Of a stretch of 44,402 bases of DNA, positions 22,912 through 29,990 are shown one piece after another. How positions within the stretch are numbered: position 1 is the stretch's first letter; the number at the start of each line of letters is the position of its first letter. The stretch is from Mycobacteriales bacterium (lineage in GTDB: Bacteria; Actinomycetota; Actinomycetes; JAFAQI01). Both the position numbers and the translations under genes were made by a program. The notes under the pieces were generated by a model that saw only the letters and a program-made list of their open reading frames with translations, was not told the origin of the DNA and did not search any database. The stretch covers positions 1-44,402 of the forward strand of contig DATBDO010000017.1 in assembly GCA_036269855.1 (NCBI GenBank), given 5' to 3'.

Positions 22912-23948
22912 GCAGCTCTCGCGTCGTCCTCATCACCGGTGTCTCGCGCTACCTCGGTGGGCGGCTGGCCTCGGTGCTGTCCGCCGACTCCTCGATCGAG
23001 CGACTGATCGGTGTCGACGTCGTACCGCCGCGGCAGGACGTCGGGCGCACCGAGTTCGTCCGCGCCGACATCCGCAACCCGATCATCGCCAAGGTCATCG
23101 CGTCGGCACAGGTCGACACCGTCGTACACATGAGCGTCATCGCGACGCCGTTCGGGGCCGGCGGCCGTACGGCGATGAAAGAGATCAACGTCATCGGAAC
23201 GATGCAGCTGCTCGCGGCATGCCAGAAGGCACCGTCGTTGCAGAAGCTGGTCGTTCGCTCGACGACCGCCGTCTACGGCTCGTCGTCGCGCGACCCGGCG
23301 CTCTTCACCGAGGGCATGGAGCCGCGCGTGCAGTTCCGCACGGGCTACGGAAAGGACTCGACCGAGGTCGAGGGCTACGTGCGTGGGCTGGGGCGACGTC
23401 GACCGGATGTCGACGTGACATTGCTGAGGTTCGCCAACTTCATCGGCCCGCGCATCGACACACCGCTCACGCGCTACTTCTCGCTGCCGGTCGTGCCTCG
23501 GGTGTTCGGCTTCGACCCGCGCGTGCAGTTCGTGCATGAGGACGACGGCGTCGAGGTGTTGCGTCGAGCCGTCGTCGAGGAACATCGCGGGACGTTCAAC
23601 GTTGCGGGCTCCGGGGTTCTGCTGGTCTCGCAGGCGATCCGGCGGGCCGGTCGCCCCGCGCTGCAGGTGCCGTCCCCGGCCGTGTCGGTCGTGGGATCGC
23701 TGTTCCGCCGCGCAGGCCTGGTCGACTTCTCGCCGGAACAGATGGAGTTCTTGCAGTTCGGCCGCGGCGTCGACGTCACCCGGCTTCGTGACGACTTCGG
23801 TTACGAGCCCACCTATACAACGATTCAGGCGTTCGACGACTTCGTGACCGGGCGCGGCCTCACTCGCTACATCGACCCGGATCGGGTTGCCGGCATCGAA
23901 CAGCGCGTGCTCGCCCAGCTGGAGCGGCGGAGGCCGGTAAATGCCTGA
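22908..23948 (+). CDS. NAD-dependent epimerase/dehydratase family protein (Rv0501-like)
   Basis: 346 aa. GTGA overlap with the upstream gene. VVLITGVSRYLGGRL Rossmann start; SDR-extended architecture. Confidence 0.85.
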   Translation: MSSSRVVLITGVSRYLGGRLASVLSADSSIERLIGVDVVPPRQDVGRTEFVRADIRNPIIAKVIASAQVDTVVHMSVIATPFGAGGRTAMKEINVIGTMQLLAACQKAPSLQKLVVRSTTAVYGSSSRDPALFTEGMEPRVQFRTGYGKDSTEVEGYVRGLGRRRPDVDVTLLRFANFIGPRIDTPLTRYFSLPVVPRVFGFDPRVQFVHEDDGVEVLRRAVVEEHRGTFNVAGSGVLLVSQAIRRAGRPALQVPSPAVSVVGSLFRRAGLVDFSPEQMEFLQFGRGVDVTRLRDDFGYEPTYTTIQAFDDFVTGRGLTRYIDPDRVAGIEQRVLAQLERRRPVNA

Positions 23949-24972
23949 AGCCCGGGTCATCCCGATCGAAGGCCGCGACGGCGGCACCTCCGCGCCGCGC
24001 CGCGGTCGGCGCACCGAGCGCTGCGAAGCAGTCGGCTCCGACGGTCAACGCTGCAAGGCCAAAGCCGTCGCCGAGGGACTGTGCGGCACGCATCTCGAGG
24101 AACAGGAACGTGCGGCGGCGCAGGCGGCGGCGCCGGAGTGGGAGCGCAAGCTGGCAGGTGCGCTCGCCTTCGTACGGCGCCGCGTCACCGGCGACTATCC
24201 GATCGACGACTTCGGTTTCGACCCGGACCTGACCGAGAACGTGCTGCTTGCCGGTGTGCGCCCGCTCTATGAGAAATACTTCCGGGTCGAGGCGCGTGGG
24301 CTCGACAACATCCCCAACGCGGGTGGCGCTCTCGTCGTCGCGAACCACTCGGGCACCGTGCCGCTCGACGCCTTGATGACCCAGGTTGCGATCTACGACC
24401 ACCACCCGGCGCACCGGCATCTGCGGATGCTCGGCGCCGATCTCGTCTTCAAGTCTCCGGTGATCGCGCCGCTCGCGCGCAAGACCGGCTCGACATTGGC
24501 CTGCAACGAAGACGCCGAGCGGATGCTTTCCGGCGGAGAGCTTGCCGGCGTGTGGCCGGAAGGCTTCAAGGGCATCGGAAAGCCGTTCAGCGAGCGCTAC
24601 CGGCTGCAGCGGTTCGGCCGCGGCGGGTTCGTGTCGGCTGCGCTTCGTTCCGGCGTGCCCATCATCCCGTGCTCGATTGTCGGCGCCGAAGAGATCTACC
24701 CGATCATCGGCAACGTCAAGGTGCTGGCGCGGCTGCTCGGCTTCCCCTACATGCCGGTGACGCCGTTCTTCCCGCTGCTAGGTCCGCTCGGCCTGGTGCC
24801 GCTGCCATCGAAGTGGATCATCGAGTTCGGTGAGCCGATCCCGACCGACTCGCTCGGCCCCAATGCAGCTGACGACCCGATGCTCGTGTTCAACCTGACC
24901 GACCAGGTGCGCGAGGTCATCCAGCAGACGCTCTACAAGCTGCTGCTCGCCCGGCGCAGCGTCTTCTTCTAG
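23941..24972 (+). CDS. Lysophospholipid (1-acyl-glycerol-3-phosphate-type) acyltransferase family protein (Rv0502-like)
   Basis: 343 aa. 8-nt overlap with the epimerase gene (ATGCCTGA). VVANHSGTVPLD, VWPEGFKG and PIIPCSIVGAEE PlsC-type blocks. N-terminal C-x9-C-x9-C-x2-H segment. Confidence 0.85.
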   Translation: MPEARVIPIEGRDGGTSAPRRGRRTERCEAVGSDGQRCKAKAVAEGLCGTHLEEQERAAAQAAAPEWERKLAGALAFVRRRVTGDYPIDDFGFDPDLTENVLLAGVRPLYEKYFRVEARGLDNIPNAGGALVVANHSGTVPLDALMTQVAIYDHHPAHRHLRMLGADLVFKSPVIAPLARKTGSTLACNEDAERMLSGGELAGVWPEGFKGIGKPFSERYRLQRFGRGGFVSAALRSGVPIIPCSIVGAEEIYPIIGNVKVLARLLGFPYMPVTPFFPLLGPLGLVPLPSKWIIEFGEPIPTDSLGPNAADDPMLVFNLTDQVREVIQQTLYKLLLARRSVFF

Positions 24973-24978
24973 CGCGCC

Positions 24979-25107
24979 CTAGTGCGCAAGCAGTACGACG
25001 AGGGCCACGACGACGACGACCGCGCCGACGATGGGCCACATCGGGACGAAGGCCAACTTGCGCTCTTGGTTGCGCTCGGCGCGGGACGGGCTGGGCAAGT
25101 GATCCAC
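24979..25107 (-). CDS. Possible small tail-anchored membrane protein (20-42 aa), start uncertain
   Basis: Not in the track. From GTG 25107: VDHLPSPSRAERNQERKLAFVPMWPIVGAVVVVVALVVLLAH, stop TAG 24981-24979. 38 of 42 codons end in G/C (hand count). Internal ATG at 25041. No convincing SD for any start. Confidence 0.35.
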   Translation of the reverse strand: MDHLPSPSRAERNQERKLAFVPMWPIVGAVVVVVALVVLLAH

Positions 25108-25142
25108 GCGCAAGAAGATGCCCCGGCTATCGCTCGTCGAAC

Positions 25143-26066
25143 CTAACGGCGAGTGAGAGTGCGCGCTGCTTGCACAGCTCGGCTACCGACGGACGGTGAG
25201 TAGTAGCGACGTCGCAGGGCGAGCCCTACCGCGATTCCGCCGGCGACAGCACCCATCCCCGCGGCGGCGGGAACACCGATGCGCGCCGCCTTTCGGCCGG
25301 TGCGGAAGTCGCGGATCTCCCAACTTTTCTCACGGGCGATCCGCTTCAGTTCGTGGTCCGGGTTGACCGCGACCGGATGTCCGACGAGCGACAGCATCGG
25401 CAGATCGTTGGCGGAGTCGGAGTAGGCGGCGCATCGAGCCAGATCCAGACCTTCGCGCTCGGCCAGCGCGAGGATCGCCTCTGCCTTCGCCGGCCCGTGC
25501 AACGGTTCACCGACGAGGCGGCCGGTGTAGACGCCGTCCTTGCTCTCCGAAACCGTGCCCAGGGCACCGGTAAGACCGAGCCGGCGCGCGATGAGCGAAG
25601 CGAGTTCGGCGGGTGCCGCAGTCACGAGCCAGACCCGCTGACCCGCGTCGAGATGCAACTGCGCCAATGCACGCGTCCCCGACCAGATGCGGTCGGCCAT
25701 GAGGTCGTCGTAGATCTCCTCGCCGAGCTCCACGACCTCGCGCACCTCGTGTCCGGCGACAAATGCGAGCGCTGCTTCCTTCGCCTGTTCCATGTGCGCC
25801 GGATCCTCGACACCCTTGAAGCGGAACGCGACCTGCTTCCAGGCGAACTGCGCCAGGTCCTGCCAGGTGAAGAAGTCACGGGCAGCAAGCCCGCGCGCGA
25901 AGTGATAGATCGACGCGCCCTGCATCATCGTGTTGTCGACGTCGAAGAACGCCGCCGCCGTTGGATCCGGCGGAGTCACCAGGCTCGCCTCGACCTCGGC
26001 GACCGCAGCCGAAGCCGCGCCGGCTACGGCGGCGCTTGTCGAGCTCTTCTTCGTACGACGTCCCAT
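25143..26066 (-). CDS. HAD-IB family hydrolase (SerB-like) with C-terminal membrane anchor
   Basis: Track ORF to 26099 trimmed to ATG 26066, because the longer form runs into the terminator hairpin. FFDVDNTMM (DxDxT), [17 protein letters not shown]-terminal [20 protein letters not shown] helix. Confidence 0.85.
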   Translation of the reverse strand: MGRRTKKSSTSAAVAGAASAAVAEVEASLVTPPDPTAAAFFDVDNTMMQGASIYHFARGLAARDFFTWQDLAQFAWKQVAFRFKGVEDPAHMEQAKEAALAFVAGHEVREVVELGEEIYDDLMADRIWSGTRALAQLHLDAGQRVWLVTAAPAELASLIARRLGLTGALGTVSESKDGVYTGRLVGEPLHGPAKAEAILALAEREGLDLARCAAYSDSANDLPMLSLVGHPVAVNPDHELKRIAREKSWEIRDFRTGRKAARIGVPAAAGMGAVAGGIAVGLALRRRYYSPSVGSRAVQAARTLTRR

Positions 26067-26093
26067 CGCGGCGAGCGTATCCACTGGAAAGAA

Positions 26094-26127
26094 CTGCACC
26101 CCGGTCGCTTTCGCGACCGGGGTGCAG
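26094..26127 (-). terminator. Intrinsic terminator after the LPXTG-protein gene
   Basis: Perfect 15-bp stem: CTGCACCCCGGTCGC (26094-26108) with GCGACCGGGGTGCAG (26113-26127). On the minus strand the loop is GAAA and the stem is followed by UUCUUUCC (26093-26086). It lies 20 nt after the stop at 26148. Confidence 0.8.
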
Positions 26128-26147
26128 AGTTACTCAGGTAATTGCCG

Positions 26148-27584
26148 TCAGACCATCCGGCGACGCAGCGTGGCTGCGGCGACCATCAGGAGCAGTGCGC
26201 CACCGCCGATGAGCGGCAGGTTGGCACCGGTGTGCGGCAGAGCGCCCTGCTGCGGGTTCGGCAGCTTGACGACCTTGGTCGCCTGCTGCGCCGAAACCGA
26301 AGCGGTGGTGCCGTGGCCGAGACCGATCTCGGCCAGAGCGCCGTCACCGGGCACCGGGCTGTCGACGACGACGTCGTACTCCGGGCCGGTCGCGGCGGCG
26401 TAGCGGCCGCGGCTGTCCACCTTGTCGACGTGACCCGGAACGAAGTTCAGGTGCACGCCGAGGGTGCCCAGCAGGGTGTTGAGCGCGTTCTGCAGGGTCT
26501 GCAGGGCGGAGTTGACCTGGTCCGTGACGTTCTGCGGGAGACCCGTGACGTTGGACAGGTTGAGACCGGTCTCGTCGAGGGTCGCGGTCAGCAGCGGCGT
26601 CCCGACCTGCACGATCGGAGCGTGGCCGGAGAACGTCGCGTGCGCGCCGCCCGCCTTGCCCGTTGCACTGGCCGCCGCCTGGCTCACGAAGCCCTTGACG
26701 GTCAGCAGACCGTTGAGGACGTTGAGGTCGGCGAGGTTGACCGCCGCGAGCGACTGTGCGGCGTTAGCGGCCGGGGCGATCGACTGCGAGGCGTCGAGCG
26801 TCTTGACCGTGAGGACCGCGGTGTTGCCCACGTTGGCGAGGATGCCGTTGATCTTGTCCTGGACGGCCTGCAGCGTGGACTGAAGCGAGCTCAGCGTCTG
26901 CGTGGCGGTGTCGGACAGGCCAGGCTGGTTGAGCGCCTGACCAACGGTCTGCAGCACGTTGGAGACCTGGCTGGTCACCGTGTTGCTGACCTGGTTGACC
27001 TGGCCCTGCAGCGTGCTGAGGAGCGTGGTCGCAGCACCCGAGGCAGCCTTGAGGTCGAGCAGCTGACCGAGCTGGAGGACCGAGCCGTCGGTCAGGACCG
27101 AGTGCGACTTGTTCATCCCGAGGTTGGCCAGGGCGCTCAGCGCACCGACGTTGACGTCGATGAGGCCGGGTGCGGCGATGTGCTGTGCGGTCGAGGACTG
27201 CGGGCGCATGCCGAGCGTGGCCTTGACCGTCTTCTTCAGGCCGAGCTGGCTCGGCAGCGCGTCGACCAGCGAGCCGTTGGCGAGCGAGGAGATCGCGGTG
27301 GACGAAGTCCGAGCGCCGTGGCCGATCGTGTTGTGCACTGCGTTGCCGTTGACCCCGATCAGGTTGACCGCGAGGTCCTTGGGCAGGCCGGGCAGCGCGG
27401 GCAGGGCTGACGGCAGATGCAGAGCGACGCCGAGCACGTTGGCCGACGTGACGCCCTGGTAGTAAGCGGGTGCTTGCGTCTTCGACGCGCCCGCCGGTGC
27501 TGCCGTAGCGAGTGCCAGCGTGGATCCGCTGGCCAGTGCGAGCGCGATGACGGCAGCACCGCGACGCTGGAACGTTCCTGCCAT
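26148..27584 (-). CDS. LPXTG-anchored cell-surface protein, Leu/Asn/Gln/Thr-rich, family unknown
   Basis: Track ORF trimmed to ATG 27584 (GGAGGTAGGGGG upstream). Signal peptide MAGTFQRRGAAVIALALASGSTLALATAAPAGA. C-terminal LPHTG + hydrophobic stretch + RRRMV sorting signal. No Cys in the mature part. Confidence 0.85.
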   Translation of the reverse strand: MAGTFQRRGAAVIALALASGSTLALATAAPAGASKTQAPAYYQGVTSANVLGVALHLPSALPALPGLPKDLAVNLIGVNGNAVHNTIGHGARTSSTAISSLANGSLVDALPSQLGLKKTVKATLGMRPQSSTAQHIAAPGLIDVNVGALSALANLGMNKSHSVLTDGSVLQLGQLLDLKAASGAATTLLSTLQGQVNQVSNTVTSQVSNVLQTVGQALNQPGLSDTATQTLSSLQSTLQAVQDKINGILANVGNTAVLTVKTLDASQSIAPAANAAQSLAAVNLADLNVLNGLLTVKGFVSQAAASATGKAGGAHATFSGHAPIVQVGTPLLTATLDETGLNLSNVTGLPQNVTDQVNSALQTLQNALNTLLGTLGVHLNFVPGHVDKVDSRGRYAAATGPEYDVVVDSPVPGDGALAEIGLGHGTTASVSAQQATKVVKLPNPQQGALPHTGANLPLIGGGALLLMVAAATLRRRMV

Positions 27585-27690
27585 TTGCCCCCTACCTCCA
27601 TGAGACGGGCGAACCTGGGCGAACACTACCGTATGTGGTCAGTCAATTACACCTAGGTTGGCGACTGAAAACATGGTGCGTTCGGACTAG

Positions 27691-27718
27691 TCAACGACCG
27701 GTCACGAGGCAGGTGACG
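27691..27718 (-). promoter_or_regulatory. Candidate ECF-type promoter upstream of the LPXTG-protein gene
   Basis: The minus strand reads CGTCAC (27718-27713), a 16-nt spacer, then CGTTGA (27696-27691), about 105 nt upstream of ATG 27584. The architecture (xxxxAC -35, CGT -10) is ECF-like. There is no experimental or comparative support. Confidence 0.3.
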
Positions 27719-27765
27719 GGGCCAAACGGGTGAAGTTGGCCCATGTTTTCGGGCCGAATCGGGCG

Positions 27766-28872
27766 CTAGTTCCCGAGGAGGGGCAACTCGGACAAGCTCG
27801 GCAGCGGTGGCAGCTGCGAAGGCAGTCGGGTTGGCACCGGCAGGATCGTCGGCAGCGACGGAATCGTCGGCGCTTGGCTCGGGACTCCGTCCGGCACGGT
27901 CGGCAGGCCCGGGGTGGTCGAGGTCGACGGCGCGCTGGAGCCGCCGGAGCCGGAGCCGGAGCCCTCGGGGTTCGGCGTCCTGGTCCCAGCCGGGGTCGGG
28001 CTCGTGCTCGTCCGGCCGCTGGGCGAGGTCGCCCCCGGGCCGGGTGTCGTCGGGGTGGCCCCGCCGGTGCCGGCCGCCTGCCGGGTGCGCTCGGACACCA
28101 CCGCGAGCAGCGACAACGAGCGCTCCGCCCGTGGCTGCGCCGCCGACGGCAGATCCGGCACCGCGTCGCGCAGATGGCTGAACTGGGTCCGTGTGAACGA
28201 GTTCAGCGCCTGCAGCGCCTCGAGTGAGCCGCCGTCGGCGTAGACGGCCAACAGGTCCTCGGCGCCGGCGCGGGTCTCGTCGTCCATGTCCTGCAGCGTG
28301 GCGATGATCGTCGAGGTCTTGGCCTCAGTGGTGAGGTGGCCCAGCGCCCCGACCGGGCTCGGCATGAAGTCCGACAGTGCGGAGTTGCGGCCGACGAGCG
28401 CCTCGACCTCGTGCAGCCGGGTGCGGGCGAACTCGAGGTGCCGCTTGCCCTTCGCCTCCTGGCCGGTGGTGACCGCGAGCTGGACCTGCTCGGTCGCCCG
28501 CTTGACCCCGTAGAACGCGTCGCCGGGCAGGGACCGGCTGGCCCCGATTCCCACGCCTGCGACGGCCGTGACGGCCGCGGCGCTGCCCGCGACGATGGCC
28601 ATCCGCCGCTGGAAGTTCCAGGTGATGCCGGCCTGGCGCAGGCGAGTGGCCGCGCTCTGAGGCTGGGCGACCCCTTGGACGGTGGCCACCGCGACGAGGC
28701 GCTGCCGCAGTGCGGCACGGAAGTCGTCGGACGGGCCGGCGGGCGCCGGGACGGCGCGCAGCGCGCTGGTGAGAGCGAGGTACGGCGCCAGCGCGGGGTC
28801 GGCGGTTCGCGCGGGGGCGTCGAGCAGCGCGGCGAAGTCGTTGGCGCGGCCGCTGTTGGGCGTCGGGATCAA
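27766..28872 (-). CDS. Anti-sigma factor, single-pass membrane protein (RsbN/RsdA-like, DUF5667-like extracytoplasmic domain, Pro/Ser/Thr-rich tail)
   Basis: The track ORF 27766..29310 is a frame read-through into the sigma gene. Preferred start is TTG 28872 (GGGGAGG 8 nt upstream), giving MIPTPNSGRANDFAALLDAP. Alternatives are GTG 28884 and ATG 28965. TM helix MAIVAGSAAAVTAVAGVGIGA. Also LPGDAFYGVKRATEQVQLAV, and a C-terminal TPGPGATSPSGRTSTSPTP... tract. Confidence 0.8.
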   Translation of the reverse strand: MIPTPNSGRANDFAALLDAPARTADPALAPYLALTSALRAVPAPAGPSDDFRAALRQRLVAVATVQGVAQPQSAATRLRQAGITWNFQRRMAIVAGSAAAVTAVAGVGIGASRSLPGDAFYGVKRATEQVQLAVTTGQEAKGKRHLEFARTRLHEVEALVGRNSALSDFMPSPVGALGHLTTEAKTSTIIATLQDMDDETRAGAEDLLAVYADGGSLEALQALNSFTRTQFSHLRDAVPDLPSAAQPRAERSLSLLAVVSERTRQAAGTGGATPTTPGPGATSPSGRTSTSPTPAGTRTPNPEGSGSGSGGSSAPSTSTTPGLPTVPDGVPSQAPTIPSLPTILPVPTRLPSQLPPLPSLSELPLLGN

Positions 28873-29003
28873 CGCGGGCACCTCCCCTCGGCGGCTGGGC
28901 TGCACATCCGGACAAACTGCGTCAACCGGACCAACGAGCGAGCCCCCGGGAAGGTGACGGGCCATTCCTCGAAATGGCTCGTGGTAACTAGGGAGGCGGT
29001 CAT
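28869..29003 (-). CDS. Candidate 44-aa micro-protein translationally chained between sigma and anti-sigma genes
   Basis: ATG 29003-29001 overlaps the sigma stop (ATGA), with GAGGA 6 nt upstream. Peptide: MTASLVTTSHFEEWPVTFPGARSLVRLTQFVRMCSPAAEGRCPR. Stop TGA 28871-28869 overlaps TTG 28872 of the anti-sigma gene. 36/44 codons end in G/C, versus 21/31 in the competing frame. Confidence 0.45.
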   Translation of the reverse strand: MTASLVTTSHFEEWPVTFPGARSLVRLTQFVRMCSPAAEGRCPR

Positions 29004-29842
29004 ACGAGGTCCTCGGGAAGGAGTCGCGAGAGCGACTTGACCGCGCGGTACTGCAACGCCTTGATGGCGCCTTCGTTCTTGCCCATGATCTGCGCGGTCT
29101 CGGCGACCGACATGCCCTGCAGGAAGCGCAGGGCGATGCATTCCTGCTGCTCGGAGTTGAGCTGCTTGACCGCTTCGAGCAGCGCAGCGTTGGTGAGCCC
29201 GGCAAGGACCGCGCCCTCCGGGCCCTCTTCGCTGCGGTCGGCGCCGGCCTCGACGAGGTCGGAGGTGGCCACCTCCATCCGGTAGCGGCCGGACTTGTAG
29301 TGGTCGGCAATCAGGTTGCGGGCAATAGTGACGAGCCAGGCGCCGAAGTCGCGGCCCTGCCAGGTGTACGACGAGATGCGGCGCAGCGCCCGCAGGAACG
29401 TTTCGCTGGTGAGGTCCTCTGCGAGGGCGGTGCTCGACACGCGGTAGTGCACGTAGCGGTAGACGACGTCGACGTATCGGTCGTAGAGCTCACCGAACGC
29501 CTGTGAGTCGCCCTCCTGCGCGCGTCGCACGATGTGCATGACCGTGGCGAGCTCACCGGTCGGCTCAGACGGGGTCGACGGAGCCGGGATGGTCGGGACC
29601 GGGGCCTCGTCGACAACGGTGGTGCCGCCACCGCCGGCCGCGGTCGACTGCGCCGGGATGGAGGTGGCACGACGGGGGCGAGGCAGCGAGCGGTAGGCCG
29701 CTGGCTCCGAGATCCGCCCGAGTTGAGGGTCACGCGCCAGCGCCAGCGCCAGGCGCAGCGCGACGAGACCGTCCGGCTCGACAGGTCGGCCGTGATTGGC
29801 CGGTGCACGCGTCGTGCCGTGCGCGCCAATCGACAACGTCAT
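29000..29842 (-). CDS. ECF (group IV) RNA polymerase sigma factor with ~100-aa N-terminal extension (BldN-like pro-sigma candidate)
   Basis: Region 2 (FGELYDRYVDVVYRYVHYRV, ETFLRAL, FGAWLVTIARNLIADHYK) and region 4 (ECIALRFLQGMSVAETAQIMGKNEGAIKALQYRAVKSL). Longest plausible start is ATG 29842 (GGAG upstream); the core-only start would be ATG 29539. The track start 29956 is unsupported. Confidence 0.88.
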   Translation of the reverse strand: MTLSIGAHGTTRAPANHGRPVEPDGLVALRLALALARDPQLGRISEPAAYRSLPRPRRATSIPAQSTAAGGGGTTVVDEAPVPTIPAPSTPSEPTGELATVMHIVRRAQEGDSQAFGELYDRYVDVVYRYVHYRVSSTALAEDLTSETFLRALRRISSYTWQGRDFGAWLVTIARNLIADHYKSGRYRMEVATSDLVEAGADRSEEGPEGAVLAGLTNAALLEAVKQLNSEQQECIALRFLQGMSVAETAQIMGKNEGAIKALQYRAVKSLSRLLPEDLV

Positions 29843-29990
29843 CGTCTCCAGGGATCGGCATGGCCAGGCTCGGGGTTGAACGCAGGTACCACCTATGACA
29901 CACGGGGCGAATCGGTCGTGACCATGACGAATACGGGCCATTTGTCGGCTAGTCACAGGCTCGTCAGGCCTGCGACCTACCCTTCGATCA

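Noticed and set aside
22098-24014. A 638-aa minus-strand ORF antisense to the DUF62, epimerase and acyltransferase genes. Similar long antisense ORFs occur at 6196..7428, 9034..9933, 16339..17343, 17082..17951, 20451..21788, 37922..38932 and 43470..44348.
   Set aside because: They show the same high-GC artefact signature (Arg-rich, no recognisable domains). Each is fully covered by a motif-supported gene on the other strand.
27766-29310. A 514-aa ORF suggesting a much longer anti-sigma factor, and ATG 28965 as its start.
   Set aside because: Upstream of about 29000 this frame merely overlaps the sigma gene out of frame. Between 28965 and 28873 its third-position GC (21/31) is lower than that of the competing small-ORF frame (36/44). 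The conserved N-terminal motif sits right after TTG 28872. ATG 28965 is kept only as an alternative.
29843-29990. An autoregulatory ECF promoter upstream of the sigma gene resembling the CGTCAC-N16-CGTTGA element found upstream of the LPXTG gene.
   Set aside because: The best candidate is CGTGTG-N16-CGTTCA, which matches poorly in the -35. That is not enough to claim.
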